Of a DNA stretch of 38,982 bases, positions 25,652-34,625 are shown one piece after another (within the stretch, counting starts at the first letter, position 1; every line of letters starts with the position of its first letter). The stretch spans positions 1 to 38,982 of the IMG/VR virus record IMGVR_UViG_3300048848_000256. One strand, given 5' to 3'. The notes below the pieces were generated by a model. It did no database searches and was not told where the DNA came from. It was given only the letters and a program-made list of their open reading frames with translations. Source of the DNA: a virus (Duplodnaviria; Caudoviricetes). A program made the translations under genes and the position numbers.

Positions 25652-28292
25652 AAAAACGGGGTTCATTGCTCGCTCCTTTGACTGATTTTGAGGGCTGATT
25701 ACTGCCATCCATTGGAGGCGGCATGATTGGCGGCATCATCTTATTAACCTCTACCTTTGAGGCAGAGGTGCCTTTAGACCCGCCCTTGAGCTGCGGCCCC
25801 TGGTAGTGGCTATCCCACAGTTGCAGGCCTTCATCGGTTAGATGGATGCCGGTGATGTAGCGGCGGCCGGAATGTTCCTGCATCTCTGAAGCCCATGGAG
25901 CGACCGATCGAAGGCGTGGGAAGAAAGCTCTGGCACCGAACGCCCGGGCCTCATCACCGTCCTGTTCACGCTGCCAGCCGTGATATGCACACATGATATC
26001 GGCACGGCTGACACGCCCATGGGGCGCTTTGACGATGGCGGTACGTGCCCATTCTCCGACCGGGTTATTGTCATCCTTGAACCTCTGGATGGCGTTTCGG
26101 ACGCTCTCGGGAATGTCGTAAGAGCCTCGTTCGAGTAGGCCCGCCAAACCGGCCAGCGCCCAGTTGAGGATGCCGCTGGCTTCGGTGCTGAACAGGTGTT
26201 GGCCGAGCGTTGAGCCTCGTGGAGCCCCGGCGTCGGTGCGTGCTCGGAACGCCTCATCTTCCGACACCTCGTTTGTCATCTCCAGAACGATGGCGCGATT
26301 GAAGATGGCGTCAGACTTGTCCCGGGCACGAGGTAGCGCGTTGGTGGTCAGAAGGACAGGAAGAGCGAGCTCGACGCCTGGCACAGCTGGCCGATGCTTG
26401 CGCTCGATGTCGATTGGCTCGCCCGTGACAATGGTTTTGAAGCGCTGTGGGTCGAGGTTGTCGCCTTCATTGATAGCATCGTCGCGGATCCAGGCGGCGG
26501 CGTCATAGAGCGAGGACAGGCCGAACCGCTCGCTGATCTCCGCCACAGATGGGGTGGCGATAGGATCGCCGATGAGCAGACGAATAATGCGGCTGAGCTC
26601 GGTCTTGCCGGTGCGTGATGGTCCGACCAGGATCAACGCCTTGCGCTCTTCTCGGGAAAGGTGGCTGGTCGCTAACGCAGCGCCGGCCCACGCCTGTATC
26701 AATGAGACGTATCCCGCCCGCTCGTCTTCAGCCCTGTCCGAGAACATGCCGGCTATCAAGCTGGCGAACTGAGGGCAACCAGGCGTGGGGTCATAAGCAG
26801 CGCCGATCTTGCGGCGCGCATAATGCTTGGGTGAGTGTGGGTAAAATTGTCGGTTTTCGATCTCAAGAACGCCATTCTGGCAGACGATGAAGCTGCCATC
26901 AGCCCATTCAACTTCTCTTTTATATAGCCCCGGGTGCTCGGTCAGGCGCTTATAGGCGGCATTGAGGTTGCCGGTCTTGAGCGGCTCACCGAGGGTTTCA
27001 AACCCTTCCTGAATGAGCGTCATCACCCATTGCTGATCGGCCGGCGTCATGACGTGCCAGATGCCACTGGCATAAATCCAGACCTCTCCTTCGGTCAGAA
27101 GAATGTCATGGCCAGCTCGGCGGATAGATTCGATTACGCCATCGGCAACCGCCGTTGCGGCCTCGACACCACCCGCCCGCGGCTTCTTCGCGGGCTTGGC
27201 CCTTTGCTCTCGCTTCTCGGCCAGACTGTGAATCGTTGCTGGCCCGCCTGCGCCATTAACATCTAAATCGCGCTGGCGGGCGGCCTGTAGCGTAGCTGCG
27301 TCCTGTTTAACGGCCGCACTGGACAAGGAGCGCGGCTGCTGTGGCGGGTTCTTTCGCAGCCACGTATCGCACATCTGCTCGATTGCGCGCTCTTCGCGGC
27401 GCCAGTTCCACTTGACGCCATATGCGCCGGCAGCTCGCACCGTCGCTGCCATGATGGTGGCAACAACCTCGTTTCGCTCCGCGCCTTTGGCGAGCATAGA
27501 GGCGCTCACAGAGAGCTGCGTGGTGTGGACGGCGCTGTCCCCTGCCCCGCCGAACGTCATGGCGTTCAGGCGCTGCTCCACGTCGATGGACGGCTTGAAG
27601 CCAAGTTGGCGGGCGGCAGTGAGGAACGGATTGTCGTCGGCAATGACTGTGGCCGGCTTTGCCTTGCGCTGGATCTTAGGAGCGGTGCGGGTGAGCCACT
27701 CTTCTAGGTCATCGAGCTCGTAGCGACGATCAGTCAGGAGCTCGGTCGTCACTTCGACCCATGATCCACGCTTGGAATTATGCGAGCCAGGCATACGCAT
27801 AAGGCCGGCAATATGGGCGGGAGCATTATCGCCGCCGACCGTATCGGCCAACAACCGCATGGCGGCCTCGACCCGCTCGCCTTCCGTCTGCGCGTCTAGG
27901 CCCTCTTTCAGTAGCCAATAGGCGTGAACGCCATTGCCAGACCGGATGAGAATTGATGGAGGGAGCTCTAGCCCCTGAAGAATCGCGAGCACCTCATCGC
28001 GCGGTGTCTCAATGTCTTTGAAATCGATGTCAGCATGGACTAGTGCGATCTCGGCGATGTTAGCTTTTTCGCGCTTCTTACCGGCCTGCACAGTGCCGAC
28101 ACAGAAGAACATGCCGCGGTCCCGCTGGTCCCACTTAGCGATGAACTTCGTGATGTCAGCCATATCTCGGGTGGCAACTTGGCGCGGCGCGTGCGGGCCA
28201 TCGCGCTCATTGCCGAGCGAGCAGACGAAAACGGGTGCTTCGGTTGTTGGACCGAAAACGGTTTTGATAAATTCAATTGCCTGTTCGGCCAA
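25650..28292 (-). CDS. Primase-helicase (RepB/AEP-like primase, D5_N and SF3 helicase)
   Basis: DID, SGNGVHAYW and RMPGSHN primase motifs; Walker A GPSRTGKT, Walker B WIRDD, motif C LLTTN. Confidence 0.9.
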   Translation of the reverse strand: MAEQAIEFIKTVFGPTTEAPVFVCSLGNERDGPHAPRQVATRDMADITKFIAKWDQRDRGMFFCVGTVQAGKKREKANIAEIALVHADIDFKDIETPRDEVLAILQGLELPPSILIRSGNGVHAYWLLKEGLDAQTEGERVEAAMRLLADTVGGDNAPAHIAGLMRMPGSHNSKRGSWVEVTTELLTDRRYELDDLEEWLTRTAPKIQRKAKPATVIADDNPFLTAARQLGFKPSIDVEQRLNAMTFGGAGDSAVHTTQLSVSASMLAKGAERNEVVATIMAATVRAAGAYGVKWNWRREERAIEQMCDTWLRKNPPQQPRSLSSAAVKQDAATLQAARQRDLDVNGAGGPATIHSLAEKREQRAKPAKKPRAGGVEAATAVADGVIESIRRAGHDILLTEGEVWIYASGIWHVMTPADQQWVMTLIQEGFETLGEPLKTGNLNAAYKRLTEHPGLYKREVEWADGSFIVCQNGVLEIENRQFYPHSPKHYARRKIGAAYDPTPGCPQFASLIAGMFSDRAEDERAGYVSLIQAWAGAALATSHLSREERKALILVGPSRTGKTELSRIIRLLIGDPIATPSVAEISERFGLSSLYDAAAWIRDDAINEGDNLDPQRFKTIVTGEPIDIERKHRPAVPGVELALPVLLTTNALPRARDKSDAIFNRAIVLEMTNEVSEDEAFRARTDAGAPRGSTLGQHLFSTEASGILNWALAGLAGLLERGSYDIPESVRNAIQRFKDDNNPVGEWARTAIVKAPHGRVSRADIMCAYHGWQREQDGDEARAFGARAFFPRLRSVAPWASEMQEHSGRRYITGIHLTDEGLQLWDSHYQGPQLKGGSKGTSASKVEVNKMMPPIMPPPMDGSNQPSKSVKGASNEPRF

Positions 28293-28343
28293 AGCACTGC
28301 CCCATCTGTCCGGTTTTGACTCCTCTGGTACGCAACGCTACTG

Positions 28344-28378
28344 AACAAAGCCCGCCCGGCAGTAGGATGCCGAGCGGG
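28344..28378 (-). terminator. Hairpin/terminator between the SSB-like gene and the primase
   Basis: Minus strand CCCGCTCGGCA-TCCTAC-TGCCGGGCGGG then CTTTGTT. Confidence 0.6.
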
Positions 28379-28393
28379 TAGAAACCGTCTTGT

Positions 28394-29098
28394 TTAGAAC
28401 TTGGTGGCTCCGGCGCCGGCCTTCTTCTTCGCGTCGGCCGGCGCTTCTTCTGCCGGCTTCTCGGCTTGCGATGCGCTTTCCATGGCTTCAGCAAATTCAG
28501 CCTTCGATGACCAACCGGAGACGATCAGCTGCGGCGTGAAGATCTTCTTGTACTTCGGGTGGATGTAGCTGGACGCTTGAAGCTCGACGACCGGGTAATC
28601 GTCGGGGCGCTGGCGCATCTGCTTGCCGTATACCTTGCAGAGCTCACCAACTGCATTAAGTCCGCTGCGCGAGCTCGTCGCATAGGTGTAAAGCTGCTCG
28701 CCACCCGGCTCCTTCAGAACGAGATAGTTCGTCAGGCGCCATGGATCTTGCGGGACGCCGTTGTCATCGGTTTCCCACGCCGCTTCGTCAGTATCGCCGA
28801 GCTCATTGCGGCGAGCCGGCCGGAAAGCTTCCGCCACCTTGCCCATGATTTGATCTGTGGGCTTGCTGTCTTCCCAGCGAACCCAACCAACCAAAAGCTC
28901 ATCCATATTGGCGATCAGCTTTGTCTCGTCGGCCATTTCGGTTTCGTCTTTGCCCGACACCCACTCACCGAATTTGGTGAACTTTAGGATGTCGCCAACA
29001 ATACTCTTCTGCGATACGGACTGACCGTAAGCCTCGAATGCGTTACCGCCTGGTACAACTACGGAGGTGCCGGCTTGATGTGTTGCAAGATCGTTCAT
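28394..29098 (-). CDS. Putative single-stranded DNA-binding protein
   Basis: LKFTKFGEW...GWVRW...DPW...PVVEL...SYIH pattern; lies between the nuclease and the primase; ends in Phe. Confidence 0.6.
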   Translation of the reverse strand: MNDLATHQAGTSVVVPGGNAFEAYGQSVSQKSIVGDILKFTKFGEWVSGKDETEMADETKLIANMDELLVGWVRWEDSKPTDQIMGKVAEAFRPARRNELGDTDEAAWETDDNGVPQDPWRLTNYLVLKEPGGEQLYTYATSSRSGLNAVGELCKVYGKQMRQRPDDYPVVELQASSYIHPKYKKIFTPQLIVSGWSSKAEFAEAMESASQAEKPAEEAPADAKKKAGAGATKF

Positions 29099-29121
29099 CT
29101 GTTCTCTCTTTCAGTTTTTGA

Positions 29122-30195
29122 TCAGGCAGCAGCTGATGCTATGGCCTGGGTGGATTCCGCCGGGATGGCGGAAATGGTGAGCCTGTCGGTAGGTTCGCCA
29201 ACAGTGCTAAACGGGGTCATGTCTGCGCCTGTCGCCTCAAGCGCCTCGCGAATTGCTTTGTTGTCCCAGGACTGCCGGCCCTTGACCGACGACCAGCTGA
29301 GCACGCCAGGCAGTTTGCGGACGCCTTTCTCGCGAAGGCGGGTTTTCAACTGATCCTCAAGGGTGCGGACTTGTTCATCCTGGGCATCACGCATCGCTTT
29401 GCGATGAGCGATCGCTAGCGCGAGCTCAGTGCATTCCGCTGCAAACTGAGGATCAGCCGGAAAATCGTCAGAAGGCACCGAACGCCGCTTGATGCCGCAG
29501 GCTTTTGTGAATGGGCAATATTCGCAATCGCGACCGCCCCCAATCCAACCTTCCGGCTTGAGCTCGTCCGCACTTGTCGCGGTCATGATCAAGGCAGCGC
29601 GCTTCTTGCCGGCCTCGAACACAGCTTGATCAAACAGGATGACGAACTCGACAACTTCCGACCAGAAGCTGGCGTCGGTGTAGGACAGGATCGAATGTGT
29701 CGGCCTGAAGTCTGTGAGCTCGCGGATTAACCCCATCTGGATGTGGGTTTGAAATACGTTCTCTGCCTTTGCCTCCGACAGGTTCGTGCGCGGATCCGCG
29801 GTCTTGCACTCGGCCGTGACACAGGTCCTGGCGGGGATCTGTGGGTGCTCTCCCTCCAGTAGTTCGGTGATCAGACCGTCCGGCGTTGCTGACAGAAAGC
29901 CGCTGACCAGGGTCTGCTGATCGGGGCCGGCGAACAGGAGACGATCGCCAAACGCGTGCTTCATGGCCGGATACCAAAACTGGTCCTCCATGACAGTCCC
30001 ACGGACACGGGCACCCCAACCATCGCTATAGTCGGGATCGCGCGGCGCCCCATACTTCGGGTCGCCTTCGTTCTTCATCCAGAACACTTTGCGCGCGCAC
30101 TGTCCGACTTCGGACGCGCCAACAGTCTGGCTGCGATCCGTCGCCCAGGTTTTGCTGGTGGACATCGCATAGTTGTGCAGAGTGGTTTTAATCAT
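29122..30195 (-). CDS. PD-(D/E)XK (Cas4/RecB-like) exonuclease
   Basis: GASEVGQCARK, TPDG, ECKT, QxxxQ and C-terminal CEYCPFTKAC. Confidence 0.85.
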   Translation of the reverse strand: MIKTTLHNYAMSTSKTWATDRSQTVGASEVGQCARKVFWMKNEGDPKYGAPRDPDYSDGWGARVRGTVMEDQFWYPAMKHAFGDRLLFAGPDQQTLVSGFLSATPDGLITELLEGEHPQIPARTCVTAECKTADPRTNLSEAKAENVFQTHIQMGLIRELTDFRPTHSILSYTDASFWSEVVEFVILFDQAVFEAGKKRAALIMTATSADELKPEGWIGGGRDCEYCPFTKACGIKRRSVPSDDFPADPQFAAECTELALAIAHRKAMRDAQDEQVRTLEDQLKTRLREKGVRKLPGVLSWSSVKGRQSWDNKAIREALEATGADMTPFSTVGEPTDRLTISAIPAESTQAIASAAA

Positions 30196-30196
30196 C

Positions 30197-30715
30197 TCAC
30201 TGCTTCCACAGACCGGAGGGAAAATTGCCAACACCCGTCATTTCCTTGCGAATGATCAGATATGCATTCGGCGGTTCGTCCCACATCGGATCATCGAAGG
30301 GCGTCATGCCGGCGCGAATGCGGAATCGAATGATGGCATCATGAACCATCGACAAAACGTCCATGCGGCTGGTGTAGTCGGCATGGAGGAACCAATTGCT
30401 TTTGGCCAGATAGGACATGAGCGCCGGTGCGCTTGTCTCAGTCAAGCTGTCGATGATCAGCACCAGGCCCTTCACCTCGTCACGATACTTGCCATTCAAA
30501 AGGTCTTGACGGCGCTGCGTCATTGCCTTGTTGAAGTTCTTAAGTAGCTGCTGTTTTTCCCACGCCTCCTTCTCCATGGGGCTGGCAACCATCGGCGCGT
30601 CGCGGTCAGATTTCACGATATGTTTCGCCAACCGGCGTTCCGCAGCACGATCCTTGGCTTTGGACGCCGATGTCTGCTGCGTTGCCGCCAGCGCTTCAAA
30701 TGCGTTTAGGCTCAT
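30197..30715 (-). CDS. Hypothetical protein
   Basis: ATGA-coupled; RIRAGMTPFDDP motif. Confidence 0.75.
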   Translation of the reverse strand: MSLNAFEALAATQQTSASKAKDRAAERRLAKHIVKSDRDAPMVASPMEKEAWEKQQLLKNFNKAMTQRRQDLLNGKYRDEVKGLVLIIDSLTETSAPALMSYLAKSNWFLHADYTSRMDVLSMVHDAIIRFRIRAGMTPFDDPMWDEPPNAYLIIRKEMTGVGNFPSGLWKQ

Positions 30716-31062
30716 TTCAAAGCCCCCCACTGATTTAGATGCTCAAGCGCTTCATCGACAGATCGAGCCATTGCCCATTTGTGGCCGAGCGCTTCGAGAC
30801 GACGACGAATACCCCACTGGTAATCGGAAAGGCCGCCCTTGCTGGTTTTCATCTCGATCCAGTTGGTGCGCCCTTCTTCCATCGCAAAGCCGAGATCTGG
30901 CATGCCAGGAAGTAGACCCTCTGCCTTGAGCTGTTGAGCTACACGAGGATTGCGCAACCCGCCGTTCGGAATCGCATAGCGCACGATCTCAGGCCGCAGC
31001 TTGAACGTCAGCTCATGAATGAGCTGCGCCTGGATGGCGTGTTCGGAAAGATTATCCTTCAC
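30712..31062 (-). CDS. VRR-NUC domain nuclease
   Basis: SEHAIQ, IPNGG, GMPDL, IEMKTSKGGLSDYQ. Confidence 0.9.
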   Translation of the reverse strand: MKDNLSEHAIQAQLIHELTFKLRPEIVRYAIPNGGLRNPRVAQQLKAEGLLPGMPDLGFAMEEGRTNWIEMKTSKGGLSDYQWGIRRRLEALGHKWAMARSVDEALEHLNQWGALK

Positions 31063-31244
31063 GTCTCCACCCCCTGCCGCTCAAGCCACGCCGCAGCGGT
31101 GCCATCCATGATGATATTGCGCAGCTGATCGCGGCTGATCTCAACGCGCATGTCCACGCCCTCGACGCGGAGATGCAGCTGGAAAATGCCGGGACCTGGC
31201 TTGCGCAGTGAGGCCATGTCGGCCTTTACGACGGGCATGCTCAT
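31059..31244 (-). CDS. Hypothetical protein
   Basis: Coupled at both ends. Confidence 0.6.
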   Translation of the reverse strand: MSMPVVKADMASLRKPGPGIFQLHLRVEGVDMRVEISRDQLRNIIMDGTAAAWLERQGVET

Positions 31245-31699
31245 GACAACACCCATGCCTTGATCTGATCGACGCGATTGCGGAAGGCTTCTTCAGCGAA
31301 CAGGATCCGCGCCTTGTTGCGCGCATGGATCATAGTCGTGTGGTCACGGCCACCCAGGCGCCGACCGATCGCCGGCATCGACATTTGGGTCATCTCCAAC
31401 AGGATGCCGACCACAACAAAGCGAGCTTGCACGTACTTCTGCCCACGCAGGCTGCTCGTCATGTCGTGAACGTTCATATCGAACTCGTCGGCCACAGCGC
31501 GCAGAATGCGTTGCGATAGCGGCATGAACGCTGATGGCGTCTTTGCCGTCTCATATTCGCGACGGCGACGCTCTGGCGGCAGCGATACAATGGGCTTGAG
31601 AATGATGTCAGGCGCCGTCTCTGCCGTAACGACCGGGCGGCCTGACATGCGAGCCAGACGCGCCTTACGTTCGAGATTCCACTGGTGTGCCAAACTCAT
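31241..31699 (-). CDS. DnaA domain IV (Bac_DnaA_C) HTH protein
   Basis: ILRAVADEF...AR...SMPAIGRRLGGRDHTTMIHA is the DnaA C-terminal signature. Confidence 0.88.
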   Translation of the reverse strand: MSLAHQWNLERKARLARMSGRPVVTAETAPDIILKPIVSLPPERRRREYETAKTPSAFMPLSQRILRAVADEFDMNVHDMTSSLRGQKYVQARFVVVGILLEMTQMSMPAIGRRLGGRDHTTMIHARNKARILFAEEAFRNRVDQIKAWVLS

Positions 31700-31702
31700 T
31701 AC

Positions 31703-32131
31703 TTATTCTCCAGCATTTTCCGAAGCCGCCTTTCGGCCTGCTTCCTGGCTGATCGGTCGCTCCACCAGCCGATTAAAGCTCTTATCAAACGCATCTAATT
31801 CCACCCTGAGAGCAGCTAAACGCTGCCGCTCGATCTGCTGTTCTTGTTCAACGCGGTCGCAAATCTTTTCGTAGTAAGCTGCAATGTTCTTGAAGACCGC
31901 GTAGCGTGGCTCTGCCACCCTGTTATCGTAGGCGATGTATTTCCTTATCCATGAAGACGACGCGCCGATTGCGCGGGCTACGTTCTCGTGGGCAACGGTG
32001 CGTGATCCAGTCCGACCTGTTTCGATTTTGACCAGCGCCTGCAGGGCGCTCTTGGTCGTTTCGGTGTACTCAACGGAACTCATCTTCGATTTCCAAATCT
32101 TTTGGATCACTATCCAAATCCCTTCATGCAT
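31703..32131 (-). CDS. Putative transcription regulator (CII position)
   Basis: HTH-like VARAIGASSSWIRKY plus a coiled coil; start could be 32083. Confidence 0.6.
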   Translation of the reverse strand: MHEGIWIVIQKIWKSKMSSVEYTETTKSALQALVKIETGRTGSRTVAHENVARAIGASSSWIRKYIAYDNRVAEPRYAVFKNIAAYYEKICDRVEQEQQIERQRLAALRVELDAFDKSFNRLVERPISQEAGRKAASENAGE

Positions 32132-32215
32132 GGTGTGGGCATGAAGAAAGTTGGCACTCAGGACGAACTACACTTTCGAAGCATCGGCTTGGCGGCAAAC
32201 CAAGTCGTTGCGCGA

Positions 32216-32716
32216 TTAGTTGGCGACCGCGAAGTCGCCATAGACAGAAACAGCAGCAGCGTAATAGGCGGCGTTCGCGTCTCGGATATCCTGGAAAGAA
32301 CCGAGATGTTTGATGCGGCCATCTACCCGAATGAGAGCACACCACGCCTTGTCATCCGCTCGTCGAATGACGCCCTTAAAGCCCGTTGAATTGCGAGAAT
32401 TTCGATGTTTATTTGCGTTGTTGAGGCTCTTGGTGGCCTCACGAAGGTTCGCGATGCGGTTGTCTCGTCCGTCATGATTGATGTGGTCAACTTCATCAGT
32501 CGGCCAAACGCCATAAAAATGCAGCCACGCGAGGCGATGGCAGGAGTAGCTGCGCTTTGCGATCATGATGCGCAGGTATCCCTTCCCGTTCTCGGAGCCA
32601 GCACGCAAGCCGCGAAATCGGGTCGCATCCTGCGTCCACGTGAACACTCCGGTTTCCGGGCAATAGTCCAGGATCTTGCGAAGCATTTCAGCGGTGATGA
32701 AATCTTGCTTGTGCAT
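32216..32716 (-). CDS. HNH homing endonuclease with AP2 domain
   Basis: YCPETGVFTW, HRLAW, DHINHDGRDNRIANLR and TGFKGV...HLGSF. Confidence 0.92.
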   Translation of the reverse strand: MHKQDFITAEMLRKILDYCPETGVFTWTQDATRFRGLRAGSENGKGYLRIMIAKRSYSCHRLAWLHFYGVWPTDEVDHINHDGRDNRIANLREATKSLNNANKHRNSRNSTGFKGVIRRADDKAWCALIRVDGRIKHLGSFQDIRDANAAYYAAAVSVYGDFAVAN

Positions 32717-32994
32717 CAGATGAACCAGTAACCGATACCGACAAGAAGCGAGGCGCCGCCGATAAGGCCGGCGACAACAGCACCGAGAGCGCAAATGAGA
32801 TCCAGAATTGACGCACGGTCTTCTTGCTGAGCGGACCGCGCAACGCTCGGGAGGACCTTCGATGCAGGGGGGATGCAGAGCGAAGGCGCAAGCTCATACG
32901 CCGCTAGGGCGAATGTTTGGGGATAGTAGAGATCGGCCTGCGTATCGGCCGTGTGTGAGACGCCCGTGATTAGGCTGTGCCCCCGGCTAATCAT
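32716..32994 (-). CDS. Hypothetical protein with a C-terminal TM
   Basis: MISRGHS...LICALGAVVAGLIGGASLLVGIGYWFI; GGAG RBS. Confidence 0.6.
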   Translation of the reverse strand: MISRGHSLITGVSHTADTQADLYYPQTFALAAYELAPSLCIPPASKVLPSVARSAQQEDRASILDLICALGAVVAGLIGGASLLVGIGYWFI

Positions 32995-33074
32995 GGGCGT
33001 GCTCCACCATTCGGCTGAAACGCCATTGCGAGGAAGATCGCGCATGCAAGGATCTGGATGACGATGATTGTCAC
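32991..33074 (-). CDS. 27-aa hydrophobic peptide (not in ORF track)
   Basis: MTIIVIQILACAIFLAMAFQPNGGARP; GTGA/ATGA overlaps; GGAG RBS. Confidence 0.45.
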   Translation of the reverse strand: MTIIVIQILACAIFLAMAFQPNGGARP

Positions 33075-33190
33075 TTCGCCACTCCAATGCTTGCGGTGTG
33101 AAACTTGGTCGGCGCCGGCAGCGTGTTCAGGATCGAACCGAACAGAGCCAAGGCGGCCACGCAGAAAATGAGTTCGCGAAGGAAGGTCAT
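33071..33190 (-). CDS. 39-aa hydrophobic peptide coupled to cro (not in ORF track)
   Basis: MTFLRELIFCVAALALFGSILNTLPAPTKFHTASIGVAK; ATGA overlap with the cro stop; AGGAG RBS. Confidence 0.55.
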   Translation of the reverse strand: MTFLRELIFCVAALALFGSILNTLPAPTKFHTASIGVAK

Positions 33191-33438
33191 GCTGCCGGCT
33201 CCTGCTCGGAGGGGGTGCGTGACGGCACGTCTTTCGCGTTCATCCACAGATCGGGGCGAATGTCAGACGCAGGAACGACGCCTTTGGTGTAATGATGAAT
33301 TGCAAGCGCGAGACGCCACCCTGCCCGGCCATGTTTGGCCTTGTTGATGGCGGGCTGAGTAAAACCAATGGCGTCAGCCAGCTTGGCTTCGGAGCCGCCG
33401 GCAAACTCGATCGCGCGTTCGATTGGGGTGCTATCCAT
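33187..33438 (-). CDS. cro: Cro-like repressor (YdaS-like HTH)
   Basis: GSEAKLADAIGFTQPAINK...IRPDL; divergent from cI. Confidence 0.88.
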   Translation of the reverse strand: MDSTPIERAIEFAGGSEAKLADAIGFTQPAINKAKHGRAGWRLALAIHHYTKGVVPASDIRPDLWMNAKDVPSRTPSEQEPAA

Positions 33439-33444
33439 AACCGA

Positions 33445-33510
33445 AAGATAACCTAGGTTATGGATAAGTCAATCACCAATGTTATCGGGACACGTCATAA
33501 CTTGCGTTAT
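33445..33510. promoter_or_regulatory. OR-like region: three ATAAC-N4-GTTAT operators and the cro promoter
   Basis: ATAACCTAGGTTAT 33448-33461, ATCACCAATGTTAT 33472-33485, ATAACTTGCGTTAT 33497-33510; minus-strand TTGACT-N16-TATCTT. Confidence 0.85.
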
Positions 33511-33523
33511 ATGTTCCGATCCT

Positions 33524-34168
33524 ATGCAAGCCGGTGAAATCATTAGAGAAGCGCGCGAGAAGCGAGACTGGTCCCAACGCGAGTTGGGTAACCGGGTAGG
33601 AATCTCGCAGGTGGCGGTGAAGAAAATCGAGGCTGGGGATACCCTCCACTCGAAGTTCTTGCCTAAGATCGCTCAGGTTCTCGATCTGGATTTATCGGAG
33701 TTAGATCGATCGCTTTCCGGTCGGCCGCAGAACTTGGGCTTTGAAAAGCCCTTCATTACCGATGGCCGGCCAGACTTTCCGGTTTACTCGTCTGCAGAAG
33801 GCGGACCTGGCGAGATTATACGATCGTCAGATCCCGTAGACTTCATCCCCCGCCCCACTGACTTGGCACATGTGCGCGACGCTTACGGTCTTTTGATCAC
33901 CGGTAATTCGATGGCGCCGGAATACAAGAGCGGCGAAACGGCTACAGTTGAGCCACACCTGCCTGTTGTCCCCGATGAGGTCTACATCTTCTACGCCGAG
34001 CTAAATGGCGAAGCCCGCGCTACCATTAAGCATTTGCGGCGCGCTACCTCAGACCGATGGCTTGTGATGCAGCATAACCCACCAGAAGGCATGGACAACA
34101 ATTTCGAGCTGCCCCGCCGCGAATGGTCAATAGCCCATCGGGTGACCGGCAAAAGGACGAGGCGATGA
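33524..34168 (+). CDS. cI: CI-like repressor (XRE HTH plus S24 peptidase)
   Basis: WSQRELGNRVGISQVAVKKIEAG HTH; GNSMAP catalytic Ser and TIKHL Lys. Confidence 0.93.
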   Translation: MQAGEIIREAREKRDWSQRELGNRVGISQVAVKKIEAGDTLHSKFLPKIAQVLDLDLSELDRSLSGRPQNLGFEKPFITDGRPDFPVYSSAEGGPGEIIRSSDPVDFIPRPTDLAHVRDAYGLLITGNSMAPEYKSGETATVEPHLPVVPDEVYIFYAELNGEARATIKHLRRATSDRWLVMQHNPPEGMDNNFELPRREWSIAHRVTGKRTRR

Positions 34169-34557
34169 AAATCATCGGCATCTCTGCCATGGTTATCTTG
34201 TCGTATACTGCGGCAAGCGCAGAGCCAATTGCCTTGGTGTGCAATGGCAATACGCATGTATTTGGCACCGGAAACATACCAATCACCGCCTCTGGCGCTC
34301 TATTGGACCTTGAGCAGAAACTGTTCACCGCGCCGGTTTATGGCACTTACAGCATTGTGCGAGCTGACGAGACAACCGTTGCATTCAGCGGCGATAACGG
34401 CAAAGCATCAACGACGGGCAGCATCGATCGGATGTCTGGGAAGCTCAATATGTCGGTGATGACGACCGAAGAGCGTAAGAAGATGAGTGCCGGCCAACCC
34501 GCCAAGATGGTTTCTGTTGTTGAAGCGCAGTGCGCAATAACTAAGCGCTTGTTTTAG
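34165..34557 (+). CDS. Secreted/periplasmic protein coupled to cI
   Basis: MKIIGISAMVILSYTAASA signal peptide; two Cys; ATGA overlap with the cI stop. Confidence 0.8.
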   Translation: MKIIGISAMVILSYTAASAEPIALVCNGNTHVFGTGNIPITASGALLDLEQKLFTAPVYGTYSIVRADETTVAFSGDNGKASTTGSIDRMSGKLNMSVMTTEERKKMSAGQPAKMVSVVEAQCAITKRLF

Positions 34558-34583
34558 CGGAGATATATTTTTTACCTGAAGTG

Positions 34584-34625
34584 ATAACTTTACTTATTGA
34601 CAGGTTATCATAACCTAGGTTATCA
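34584..34625 (+). promoter_or_regulatory. OL/PL-like region
   Basis: ATAACTTTACTTAT 34584-34597, TTGACA 34597-34602, ATAACCTAGGTTAT 34610-34623 (identical to the OR copy). Confidence 0.85.

Noticed and set aside
25346-25708. 120-aa minus-strand ORF spanning the origin
   Set aside because: Its odd sequence (HVYVYAHMYVYI, QRVA repeats) is explained by the RY tract and iterons, so it is probably non-coding.
32102-32389. Plus-strand ORF antisense to HNH-AP2
   Set aside because: No recognisable motif or clear RBS, and it is largely antisense to a well-supported gene.
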